DNA from: an uncultured delta proteobacterium
GTDB lineage: Bacteria > Desulfobacterota > RBG-13-43-22
Length of the DNA stretch: 64,000 bases
Reading direction: 5' to 3'
NCBI GenBank assembly: GCA_963790475.1
Contig: CAWBOS010000012.1
Location: 128,001 to 192,000 of the forward strand
Shown here: positions 29,906 to 38,920 of the stretch, piece after piece
How the letters are laid out: each line of letters starts with the position of its first letter
How positions within the stretch are numbered: position 1 is the first letter of the stretch
Notes under the pieces: generated by a model
Told to the model about the DNA's origin: nothing
What the model saw: the letters and a program-made list of their open reading frames with translations, nothing else
Databases searched by the model: none
Program-made: the position numbers and the translations under genes

Positions 29906-29962
29906 GAGGGAAAGGAGAAAAAGTACAGAGGAGTTCGGGCCGAAGAATCAAGAAAAGATTAC

Positions 29963-30385
29963 TTATTTGTTCTTCAAAAACGTAGTCCCCTCGATAACCT
30001 TGAGGCCTTTAATCTTTCTAAAATGTAAAATATTTCTGGTTATCAGGGGAATAACCCGTGTAAAACATGAGCCCGCAACCAGAATATCTTTTATATTCAG
30101 AGTACTTCCTGCCTTGGAAAGGGCTGCATGGATTTGGGCCGACTTTTTTGAATCTTCCGGAGTCCAATCGAATGGGATCAGCATGGCCAGAACATCCTCA
30201 ACCGGTTTCAGTTTTCCGGAGTAGTATCCCCCATAATAAAGCTCGTAAATTGAGACCGGGGAGATATGGACCTCATACTTTCCGATTAAAGCAGGCAGGA
30301 TTTCCTGGTTTTCATTTCTGCCGCGAAGATAATCAATGATAATATCGGTATCTACGCAAACACGGGAGGTTTCCAATTTTTCCAT
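29963..30385 (-). CDS. VapC-type PIN toxin
   Basis: VDTDIIIDYLRG, EL, DILVAG, LITRN-x2-HF. Confidence 0.88.
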   Translation of the reverse strand: MEKLETSRVCVDTDIIIDYLRGRNENQEILPALIGKYEVHISPVSIYELYYGGYYSGKLKPVEDVLAMLIPFDWTPEDSKKSAQIHAALSKAGSTLNIKDILVAGSCFTRVIPLITRNILHFRKIKGLKVIEGTTFLKNK

Positions 30386-30873
30386 TCCTTATTAAGTTTC
30401 TTATAGATGTCATCTACATCAACGTCCCTCCAAGCCCCCTTGGCTTTCTTAAAACCTTCCTCCCGGGTCTTATTCTTTTCAACGAAAAATTCATTTTTTA
30501 CTAAATGGATCATTTTTATAATTTTTTCCATCTCAGCCTCGGAAAGACCTTGAATTTCTGCCGATATTTTTTCTTTAAAGACTTCCCTTACTTGCCGTAC
30601 GGGCATCCTCATTCCCCCCTCACCAAGGGTGCCTGCCCTGATGTGATATTCTCTATGGGCCTCCCTAGGATTGGGAATCCCGCTTGATACTGAGCCGATC
30701 AGACCTTTTACCTGGTCATATGGCTTTGATTCATTCAGTCCCTCGATTTCAGAAATAAACTTTTCAAGAGCCATCCTGACGATATCGGAACGCTTACGCC
30801 GGAGTTTTCTGGCGACGTTAGCGATCTGTTCATGAAATTCTTCGTCCAGCCTGACCGTTATTTGTGATTGCAT
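30352..30873 (-). CDS. chimeric ORF: CopG/RHH antitoxin fused in frame to a second antitoxin
   Basis: QITVRLD...RSDIVRMAL...GLIGSVSSG, then internal RBS gagggg and M(R)MPVRQ...KGAWRD overlapping the PIN gene. Confidence 0.65.
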   Translation of the reverse strand: MQSQITVRLDEEFHEQIANVARKLRRKRSDIVRMALEKFISEIEGLNESKPYDQVKGLIGSVSSGIPNPREAHREYHIRAGTLGEGGMRMPVRQVREVFKEKISAEIQGLSEAEMEKIIKMIHLVKNEFFVEKNKTREEGFKKAKGAWRDVDVDDIYKKLNKEWKNWKPPVFA

Positions 30874-31164
30874 GATTTTTCTCCCAAAATCTTATTAGGG
30901 TTGCATTATAATGCATTGCATTGCAATTTTCAACAATAAATGGGAAAAAATATCGGACATGGGTATGGGGTATAGACGGAGGCGAGGGGCATGAGGTGCG
31001 AGGAACGAGGCTTGAGGCATGAGGCAGAATAAAACTCAAGGCAAAACCAAGCTGAAGGCCGAAAGATAAAGCTTAAAGGAAGGAATAGGCGCGAGGCGTG
31101 AGGCGGGAGGGGCGAGGGATCAAAAAGATCATGGCCGACAGCCTAAAGCAGGGAGGGAACCGCT

Positions 31165-31650
31165 CTAGATATAGTTCTTCGGCTTTTGTTTTTGGATTTC
31201 CTTCAAATGTCTTACGGTGATCCTGTCGTGTTCGCGGTTCATGGCTTCCTTGGCGCGGATCAACGAGTCAATGTCCAGGATGCGGCATATTCCCGAGGGA
31301 AGTTCGACATTGATAGTCTGTCGGAAGACTTCATCATAATCACCAAGGCCTAGAATTTCGCTCAGACAATCCACATTACCGAGGTCTGTCCTTAGATAAA
31401 GATTCTTTAGGACTGCGCACTGCTCAGGTGTGAGATTCAGCGGTAAATCAGTCCTGGGGCGATGAACGGGATGCAGATCCGTGAAGGCTTTCTGAATCCG
31501 CATCAAATTGGTTTCCGAGAACCGACAACAAATGTCCAGGTCGCGAGTGACCAGGGTGGCCCCGTGAGCCACGGCCGCAAATCCGCCCACGAGTACGAAT
31601 TCGACGTCCGAAACAATCAATCGTCGCACCAGTTCGCTAAGATTCTGCAT
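31165..31650 (-). CDS. polymerase-beta-like nucleotidyltransferase (DUF6036-like)
   Basis: FVLVGGFAA-x2-HG-x3-TRDLD, LIRAKEAMNR-x2-D. Confidence 0.75.
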   Translation of the reverse strand: MQNLSELVRRLIVSDVEFVLVGGFAAVAHGATLVTRDLDICCRFSETNLMRIQKAFTDLHPVHRPRTDLPLNLTPEQCAVLKNLYLRTDLGNVDCLSEILGLGDYDEVFRQTINVELPSGICRILDIDSLIRAKEAMNREHDRITVRHLKEIQKQKPKNYI

Positions 31651-31855
31651 GTCGTCTTTTCATGGCGGCGCGCAGTGACTCGGCAAAATTCAAGGCGTCG
31701 TCGTTGGCGAGCATTCTTTCCCAGGGGGTCAAGCGAAGACTTTCCTGCAGCAGCGACAAATCAATGTCTCGATCATCGACTCCTTTACCGTCAGGGGCGT
31801 AACCCGGAGACGCTTCTTTCAAAATAGGCTCATTCTTTTTGACCTGATCCGGCAT
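31637..31855 (-). CDS. small partner protein of the nucleotidyltransferase
   Basis: IDLSLL-x2-SLRLTP-x-ER; overlaps the NTase start. Confidence 0.65.
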   Translation of the reverse strand: MPDQVKKNEPILKEASPGYAPDGKGVDDRDIDLSLLQESLRLTPWERMLANDDALNFAESLRAAMKRRHAES

Positions 31856-31932
31856 AAAATTGTATAGCTTTTTGAAATAATTGTTTTCACCGAGAGGGGT
31901 AACAAGGGCTTCCGGGTAGTCAGTATTGGGCT

Positions 31933-32163
31933 TTATAATTCTGCCAACAAACCAAAATACTCATCCCGAGTTAATCCTGCAGTTCGTAAATTGTTCTTAA
32001 TGATAAACACCGGTACTTCTTTCCAATCAGGGATAACTACCGGCCTTGGGACCCCTTCTTTTGTATAAACGAAATGGACCTCTTCTATTCTTACACATCG
32101 AAATCCGGCCTTTTCAAAAATTCTCCTTAGACGGTCAGGAGGTATCGGAGTAATTTTGGGCAT
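31933..32163 (-). CDS. HicA-family toxin
   Basis: MPKITP, EKAGF, H-x3-KEG...VVIP, NNLRTAGL. Confidence 0.8.
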   Translation of the reverse strand: MPKITPIPPDRLRRIFEKAGFRCVRIEEVHFVYTKEGVPRPVVIPDWKEVPVFIIKNNLRTAGLTRDEYFGLLAEL

Positions 32164-32168
32164 TTTAC

Positions 32169-32435
32169 TTAATAGGCGCTCACCAATTCGGTAGCCACCA
32201 GTTTGGGGGGTATCCAACGTCCGGCAGAGTCTTTCTTATATCTTGATTCATCCAAAATATCTTCAAGAGTCCCCATTTTTTCTGCCTCTTCGACAAAAAG
32301 CCGTACTGCTGTCTTCAGCATTTCTTTGGCCTGTTGAACATCTTGGCCGCAGCTTGAGATGTCGAGCTCCGGACAGTAAGCCACATAGGTATGGTCTTCC
32401 TTGAAAACAATGACATCATACTCAATTGGTATCAT
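32169..32435 (-). CDS. HicB-family antitoxin (upstream of toxin)
   Basis: FKED-x-YVAYCPELDISSCG-x4-A. Confidence 0.82.
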   Translation of the reverse strand: MIPIEYDVIVFKEDHTYVAYCPELDISSCGQDVQQAKEMLKTAVRLFVEEAEKMGTLEDILDESRYKKDSAGRWIPPKLVATELVSAY

Positions 32436-32718
32436 CTTTGCTCCCGTGATTTTTAAAACGATTTTGTTGGGTTGTCTAAAAGATTTTTGAAACAAACTAG
32501 AATTATTTTATCAGAATTCAGAATAAAAAGCCAAAAAATAAGATTTGGGTGCTGGGGGAAGTTACCCCTTTTCTGATACTGGTAGGAAGCCATTCCAGAA
32601 CATCGAAAGACCGGTACTACCAAAACTCGAAAAGCCCCGTCGATTCCGGGTTTGGGGGTTTTTCTTCTCTCGGTACTATTAGGTGACCTCTAAAACAAAA
32701 GGCGATTAAACGCTTAGG

Positions 32719-33110
32719 TCATCTCCCCTTGAAGACGGGCGGGCGTTTCTCGAAAAAGGCGTTTACTCCCTCAGTGAAGTCCTGGGTGCGGCCGGCCTCG
32801 GTCTGAAGCTCGGACTCGAGGTGGAGCTGTTGTTCATAGGTATTATTGAAGCTTTGCCAGTAAGCTTTTCGGATCAGCGCCAGAGAGACCGTGGGCCCGG
32901 CAGCCAACTCCCTTCCAAGATCCATGGCGGCATTGAGCGCCTGGCCATCGTCAACGACCCGGTTGACCAGACCCCACTCCAGGGCCTTGTCGGCCGGTAG
33001 CCGCTCGGCGAGCATCGAGAGTTCCATTGCCCTGGACCAGCCCACCTTTCGAGGCAGCAGGAAGGTTGAGCCGCCGTCCGGGATGAGACCGATCCACCGA
33101 AAGGCACATA
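32719..33110 (-). pseudogene. C-terminal half of an enoyl-CoA hydratase/isomerase (PaaG-like)
   Basis: AF-x2-IGLIPDGGS-x2-LPR, A-x2-WGLVN, DFTEGV-x-AF-x-EKR; N-terminal half (FCAGxD) absent. Confidence 0.75.
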
Positions 33111-33194
33111 ACCTTCTCCTCCACCTTTCGGGCGACGACAAATATACATCAAAGCTGATAATTTTGTACGAGACCCTTGAAAAAAGAACATTTT

Positions 33195-34379
33195 TCAAGG
33201 GTCATGATACATCTGCATGATCTCAGCCGGGGCCCTGTTTTCGCGCAGGAGCGCGGTCATGATGCGCATGGGGCGATCGATGTGCCTGAAAAAGGCCTTG
33301 TATCCTTTACACAGATAATTCAGCCCAGTCTCCCCTTTCGGGGTCTTGATGAACCGGTCTTTGGGGCAGCCGCCGTGGCAGGCAAAACGGACCACACATT
33401 CCTGGCAATAGGGGGGCAGCAGGTCCAGTTTGTCCTGGCCGAACTTTTGCTGCTGGGGCGAGGCCACCATTTCGATCATGGGGGTATCGGCGATGTTTCC
33501 CAGGAAATGGTCCGGGGAGACGAAGTGATCGCAGGAGTACATATCTCCGTTATGTTCCAGGGCCAGGGTCATCCCGCAGGTCGGCGCGAACACGCACAAA
33601 CTTGGCGGCTCTCCGGCCCAGTTGGCCAGGGCGACGTCGAACATATTGACAAATGTTTCCCCCACATCATGGCGCACCCATTCCTCGAAGACAGCGATCA
33701 AAAAGCGGCCATACTGCCCGGAGGTGACCGAGAAATCGCTTACGACCTTGTTTTCCATCCGGCGCTCGACGATGGGGATGAGCTGGATGTAGCGGATACC
33801 CAGATCATCCCGCAGGAAGCGGTAGACGTCCAAAGGGTTATCGGCATTGGCCTTGTGGATGGTCACCAGGGCGTTAAACTCCACCCCATGTTTCTTCAGA
33901 TAGTCCAGGCCCTGCATCACCCGATCGAAGGTCGGCTTGCCCTGCTTATCCCGCCGAAAGGCATCGTGCCGCTCACGGGGCCCGTCGATGCTGATCCCTA
34001 CCAGAAAGTGGTGTTCCCGGAAAAAAGCGGCCCATTCGTCATTGATCAGGGTGCCGTTGGTCTGGATGGTATTCAGGATAGTCATACCGGGGCGGCGATA
34101 TTTCTCCTGGTACTCGATCGAGCGTCGAAAAAAATCCAGGCCCATCAACATCGGCTCGCCGCCCTGCCAGGCCAGGGTCACCTCGGGAAACCGGTGGGCC
34201 TCGATGAGCCGGCGGATATAGGTCTCTTGCATCTCGCCCGTCATGCGGAAGCGGCTGCCGGGGTAGAGCTTCTCCTTGGAAAGGTAGAAACAATAGCTGC
34301 AGGCCAGGTTGCAGATGGCTCCCGTCGGTTTGGCCAAAAGGTGAAAGGCCGGTGGCGCGGGCAGGTCGATCGGCATCAA
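33195..34379 (-). CDS. anaerobic sulfatase maturase-type radical SAM/SPASM enzyme
   Basis: KPTGAICNLACSYCFY, WQGGEP, QTNG, SIDGP, CVFAPTCG, YSCDH, CxxC-x5-CHGGCPK, YLC. Confidence 0.9.
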   Translation of the reverse strand: MMPIDLPAPPAFHLLAKPTGAICNLACSYCFYLSKEKLYPGSRFRMTGEMQETYIRRLIEAHRFPEVTLAWQGGEPMLMGLDFFRRSIEYQEKYRRPGMTILNTIQTNGTLINDEWAAFFREHHFLVGISIDGPRERHDAFRRDKQGKPTFDRVMQGLDYLKKHGVEFNALVTIHKANADNPLDVYRFLRDDLGIRYIQLIPIVERRMENKVVSDFSVTSGQYGRFLIAVFEEWVRHDVGETFVNMFDVALANWAGEPPSLCVFAPTCGMTLALEHNGDMYSCDHFVSPDHFLGNIADTPMIEMVASPQQQKFGQDKLDLLPPYCQECVVRFACHGGCPKDRFIKTPKGETGLNYLCKGYKAFFRHIDRPMRIMTALLRENRAPAEIMQMYHDP

Positions 34380-35854
34380 TCGGAAACCGGCGGCCGGCGG
34401 TCTTTCCAGGGCCGTGCTTTTTCAAGCTGGGCCGCCAAACGAAAAAGCGTGGCTTCATCGCCGAACCGTCCGGCGAATTGGACTCCGATGGGGACATTGG
34501 CCTTGTTCCAGTAAAGGGGAACGGACATGGCCGGCTGTCCGGTCATGTTCTGGACCTTGGTGAAGGCCACAAAGGCATTGGTTACTCGAAGCCAACCTCT
34601 CGAGTCCTCGGCCTTGATCTGAAAGGCCCCCAAGGGGGTGGGCGGGATGGCCATGGTGGGGGTAAGAAGCAGGTCGTATCCCCCCTCCTGGTACCAGCGG
34701 GCCATCTTTCTCGAGAAGCGTTGGATTTCCTGCACGGCGACCAGGTAATCGGGTCCGGACCTCCTTAACCCCGCCTGAAGGCTGCCCCAAGTGATGGGCT
34801 CCAGGTCGGTTTGCCCAATCTTCTTTCCCAGTTCCCGTTCCCAATAGGCCACCGAATGGCCGGTGTAACAGGAGAAGGCCGCACCGAAAGTGGCGATAAT
34901 GCCCGGCTGATCCAATACCCGGGGTGAGATGACTTCGACGGTGTGCCCCAATTCCTCGCACAGCCGGGCGGCGTCCTTAACGGCCTGCTCGCAATCCGGA
35001 TGTAATTGGCTTTCATCGTGCCAACCGGCGGGGATCTCCGGGAGGACCCCGATCTTTAAACGTCCCGGTTCCCGGCTTACCTCCTCCAGGTAAGGAAGGT
35101 CCTTTGGCGGAGCCCAGTAAGGATCTCCAAAGTCCGGATCGGAAGTGGCATCCAGAAGGGCCGCCGAATCCCTTACGCTGACGGTTAGCGCGTGTTCGCA
35201 GGTAAGCCCGCTAACCAGGTCTCCAAAGAGGGGTCCCAGAGGGTTCCGGCCCCGGGTGGGCTTGAGCCCGAAGAGACCGCAGCAGGAGGCAGGGATTCGG
35301 ATAGAGCCTCCGCCGTCGTTCCCATGGGCCATGGGGACGATGCGGGCCGCCACGGCCGCGGCCGATCCGCCGCTCGAACCTCCCGGGGTCAGGTTCGGGT
35401 CCCAGGGATTTTTCGTCGGGCCGTATAATTCCGGCTCGGTGGTCGGGAGAATGCCAAATTCAGGGGTGTTCGTTTTCCCCACGATGATCAGACCCGCGGC
35501 CTTCTGCCTCTTAACGAGTTCGGTGTCCAACTTGGAAACGTACCCGCTCAACGCGCGACAGCCTTCACAAAAAGGCGTCCCCTGGCACTCGGCGGTTAGA
35601 TCTTTCAGCAGAAAAGGGACACCGGCAAATACCGCTTCAGCGGTCTGGCCCTCTTCCAGTCTTCCGCTCCAGGTTCGTACTGTCTCCCGCGCCTGATCGT
35701 ACAGTTTGTGGATGACCGCGTTAATCTTAGGATTTATTTTTTCTATCCGTTGGATGGTAAATTCAACCAGTTCGTCTGCTCTTATTTCCTTTTTTTTGAT
35801 CAGCCGGGCCAGGTCAATGGCATCCAGAAAAGCCAGATTATCGTATCCCTTCAT
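34376..35854 (-). CDS. amidase signature family enzyme
   Basis: [36 protein letters not shown]. Confidence 0.92.
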   Translation of the reverse strand: MKGYDNLAFLDAIDLARLIKKKEIRADELVEFTIQRIEKINPKINAVIHKLYDQARETVRTWSGRLEEGQTAEAVFAGVPFLLKDLTAECQGTPFCEGCRALSGYVSKLDTELVKRQKAAGLIIVGKTNTPEFGILPTTEPELYGPTKNPWDPNLTPGGSSGGSAAAVAARIVPMAHGNDGGGSIRIPASCCGLFGLKPTRGRNPLGPLFGDLVSGLTCEHALTVSVRDSAALLDATSDPDFGDPYWAPPKDLPYLEEVSREPGRLKIGVLPEIPAGWHDESQLHPDCEQAVKDAARLCEELGHTVEVISPRVLDQPGIIATFGAAFSCYTGHSVAYWERELGKKIGQTDLEPITWGSLQAGLRRSGPDYLVAVQEIQRFSRKMARWYQEGGYDLLLTPTMAIPPTPLGAFQIKAEDSRGWLRVTNAFVAFTKVQNMTGQPAMSVPLYWNKANVPIGVQFAGRFGDEATLFRLAAQLEKARPWKDRRPPVSD

Positions 35855-35888
35855 GGGAATTTTCCTTTCCTTACCAGGCAAGACCGTA

Positions 35889-36596
35889 TTATTTCGGCCG
35901 TTTCCAGAAGGGGCCGGTCTTATTAATCTCCTTCATGGTTTGGATCATCTCTCGGGCGTACTCAAACATATGGGAGACATAGTCTTCATCCATCCGTCGT
36001 CTGAAATAGGGACCGGAAAAAAGTTTCATCATATCGGGTAAGGGGGTTATTCCTTCTTCGGTTCCTTCAACATAGGAGGCCCAGTTGCGAACATGCGCTT
36101 CCGACCGGAAGCAATTCATGGTGCTTCAGGCAAAGCTTGAATCTTCAAACCATTTCCAGAAAGGCACGGAAACGTAAGTCATATAACCCGCCGATTCCTG
36201 GCCATTGAGGAACTGGCCATCCTGAAGCACGACCCGGAGGGGTTCACCGCAATCGAGGCAGGGGAAATCGATGGTTACTTTCTTGCCGGGGAAGAACCAG
36301 CAGACCGCCAGCGATTCAAAGGCTCACTGGCCGAACCATTTCTGTTGGCCTTCGACGGTGATGCGGTACTGGGTGGGGAGATTGTTAAAAGGGGCGAAGG
36401 AGACGATGTGCTCGGTCCGGGGGTAAAGCCAGCCCGGTATTCCGGAGGTGAAGAGGTCATGGAGGGTCTTTCTTCCTTCTTCCACTGAAAGACCGAGTTC
36501 GGAAGCCAGTTCCGTGTAGAAAGGGGCCTGGCCGGTTTCCACCATGCGCTTCATGATGACCTGAAAGGCCTGGTCTAATAGGGTGGGACTATTCAT
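35889..36596 (-). CDS. MerB-like (organomercurial lyase fold) protein with two in-frame UGA codons (probable Sec91 and Sec157)
   Basis: ORFs 36324-36596 and 35889-36119 share a frame; the bridge U-AFESLAVCWFFPGKKVTIDFPCLDCGEPLRVVLQDG...VPFWKWFEDSSFA-U-ST has no other stop; GGUC-loop SECIS-like elements follow both UGAs. Confidence 0.8.
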
Positions 36597-36663
36597 GGCT
36601 TGTTTCTCCTTTCTTGGGTTTGGAAAGGTTCTCTCTCAATTCTAATCGATTCGTAACTTAATT

Positions 36664-36740
36664 GTCTCCCCGGTGAAAACCGGGGTCCAGTCACCTTATG
36701 ACTACTAAAACCACTGGATTCCGTCTTTCGACGGAATGAC
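36664..36740. repeat. REP-like double hairpin
   Basis: gtctccccggtgaaaaccggggtccag...ctggattccgtctttcgacggaatgac. Confidence 0.8.
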
Positions 36741-36825
36741 GAAAATGGGATTTAATGACTTATTACAATTCCGTCTATTCGATTAATCCGGATTTTTTCC
36801 AAAGAAGGAATGAGCCGGGTTACTA

Positions 36826-37617
36826 TTACAGACTAAGCCCTCCGTCGAGATAAATGGTTTGACCGGTCATGTAGTCGGAAGCCGCGGAAACCAGATAAAG
36901 GGCCAGCAGGCCCACTTCCCGCAACCGGCCGGCGCGGCCTAGAGGGGTCATCTTGGTGATGTATTCGTTCATTCTTTTGGCCGTTTCTTCATCCCGGATA
37001 TTCAGCGGTTCGGGAAAAAGGCCGGGAGCGATGGAATTAATCTGGATGTTATAGGGGGCCCATTCCAATGCCTGGGTGCGGGTAAAGCCCACCACCGCCG
37101 CTTTAGCCAGGGAGTAGAGTACCACTTCCTTCCCGCCTTTTCCGGCCGTGAAAGAAGAAATATTAATGATCTTGCCGCTACGGCGTTCGAGCATCTGCGG
37201 GCCTATGGCGCGGGTGCAGAGGATGGCGGCCGTAACGTTGAGATCGACTATTTTCTTTATTTCCTCATCCGTGGCCGGTTCTCCCTTTTTCCCCGGGAGG
37301 GTAACCAATGGTTTTTGAATGGCGTCCCCCAAGTTATTGACCAGGACGTCTATCCGGCCGAACTCCTTCATTACCGTATCCACCGCCCCTTGCACTTCAG
37401 CGGATTTAGTCACATCGGCCAGGATAGGCAATACCCGGCGTCCGCTGGATTTGGCGATTTCACGGGCAGTGTTTACGACATAGCGGTCTGTAAGGGCATT
37501 AAGGGCGATATCGGCTCCGGCTTCGGCCAGAACCTGGGCGATTCCCTTGCCGATACCGCGGCCGGCCCCGGTGATAAAAACAACCTTTCCTTCAACATCG
37601 TATTCTTTGGGCAGCAT
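36826..37617 (-). CDS. SDR oxidoreductase
   Basis: TGAGRGIG, YSLAK, DYMTGQ. Confidence 0.9.
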   Translation of the reverse strand: MLPKEYDVEGKVVFITGAGRGIGKGIAQVLAEAGADIALNALTDRYVVNTAREIAKSSGRRVLPILADVTKSAEVQGAVDTVMKEFGRIDVLVNNLGDAIQKPLVTLPGKKGEPATDEEIKKIVDLNVTAAILCTRAIGPQMLERRSGKIINISSFTAGKGGKEVVLYSLAKAAVVGFTRTQALEWAPYNIQINSIAPGLFPEPLNIRDEETAKRMNEYITKMTPLGRAGRLREVGLLALYLVSAASDYMTGQTIYLDGGLSL

Positions 37618-37863
37618 ATGAAACCTTCCTGATTAAAATATTATTATCAGTTTAGCTTTTTGAAATGATTTCATTTCGCTTCGCGAATATGCGGTCCAAA
37701 ATTGCCGCAGGCAGACAGGTTTTCAAAAATCGGTATCTCCGGATTTTTGAAAAAAAGAGCCTCTGTGCTCTCTGTGCCTCTGGGTGAAAAGGATTTTCAT
37801 AAAGCTAAAATATTACAAATAATTGTTAATGAATAAGAATTGAAAGTTCATCGAAAAAATCTT

Positions 37864-38271
37864 TTAGGACTTTTTCATAATTTCAAAAATGGCCCCTCCG
37901 GGACCGCCGCCATCGAGGTAGGCGAATTTGCCCGGGTCATGAATCAGGAGCTTGGCCCCTTTTTCGGTCAGTTGCTTCACTTCCCGGTCAACATCCTCGA
38001 CATAGAAACCCAGATGATGAAGCCCTTCGCCCCATTTGTCGAGAAATTTGGATTGAAAAATCCTTCCTTCCGTGCATTGAACCAGTTCGAACTGGACCGG
38101 TCCGATATAGGTAAAGGCCATTCTTATTTTCCAGGGCCGCCCCTTGGCATCCTTACCGCTGTTTTCCACGAAGGTCCAGGGTCCCATTCCATATAAGGCC
38201 GACCATTTTTCAATAACCGCATCAATGTCATTTACAGCGTAGCTGATTTGGTCGACAGATTTTAATTGCAT
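37864..38271 (-). CDS. VOC (glyoxalase/epimerase-like) family protein
   Basis: GMGPW, ELVQ, GEGLHHLGF. Confidence 0.8.
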   Translation of the reverse strand: MQLKSVDQISYAVNDIDAVIEKWSALYGMGPWTFVENSGKDAKGRPWKIRMAFTYIGPVQFELVQCTEGRIFQSKFLDKWGEGLHHLGFYVEDVDREVKQLTEKGAKLLIHDPGKFAYLDGGGPGGAIFEIMKKS

Positions 38272-38310
38272 TCAGGCACCTCCTTATGGTTTATATTCCC
38301 GCGTCTTTTT

Positions 38311-38868
38311 CTAAGAAGTTTTCGGTTTAAAAACAACGGCAGGTTTGGTCCTGGCGGAATATTTAAATCCTTCCGCCTTTTGAATATCGCCGTATCGGGC
38401 TTTTAATTCTTCAAAAGGTCCGGCATCAAAGGCCCTGGTGGGGCAGGCCTCGACACAGACCGGTAATTTATTTTGTTGATGCCGCGTCAAACAATAATCA
38501 CACTTACTCATCTTAGCCCCCGGTTCAGGTCCGAACTGAGGGGCGTCATAGGGGCAGGCCTTGAGGCATTTGGTGTCGCATTTTTCATTGCCCAGACAAG
38601 CCTCTTGATCCACAATGACGATCCCGTCTTCGTCACGCTTGCTGATGGCCTTGGTCGGACAGGCGGGAATGCACACCGGCGTAAGACAATGGTAACAGGG
38701 GACGGCCAGATAGCTGACAAAGAGTTTGGGATATTCCCCTTTCTCGGTATAAAGGACCCTCATCCATTTTACCGGTCCGGCCGGGATGTCGTTCCAGTCT
38801 TTGCAGGCCACCTGACAGGCCCCGCACCCGGTACATCGGGTTTGATCAAAGTAGAATCCAACCTGCAT
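38311..38868 (-). CDS. DmsB-like four-cluster Fe-S subunit
   Basis: GFYFDQTRCTGCGACQVACKD, CYHC-x2-P-x-C-x3-CP, KCDYC, CVEACP; RBS aaggag. Confidence 0.88.
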   Translation of the reverse strand: MQVGFYFDQTRCTGCGACQVACKDWNDIPAGPVKWMRVLYTEKGEYPKLFVSYLAVPCYHCLTPVCIPACPTKAISKRDEDGIVIVDQEACLGNEKCDTKCLKACPYDAPQFGPEPGAKMSKCDYCLTRHQQNKLPVCVEACPTRAFDAGPFEELKARYGDIQKAEGFKYSARTKPAVVFKPKTS

Positions 38869-38920
38869 GATCGATCTCCTTCCAACCGAATAAATCGGGA
38901 CTGAAAACTCGAAAATCTTT

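Noticed and set aside
22350-31160. CRISPR array or integron explanation for the repeats in the TA island
   Set aside because: No constant-length repeat-spacer periodicity, cas genes, RYYYAAC/GTTRRRY attC pairs or intI recognised there.
21242-33110. One crotonase gene split by the TA island
   Set aside because: Both flanking fragments are C-terminal (both contain AF-x-EKR), so they come from different genes.
33177-34514. 445-aa plus-strand ORF (also 13787-14860, 40289-41407, 7368-8228, 53854-54666)
   Set aside because: Antisense shadows of well-supported genes; no motifs.
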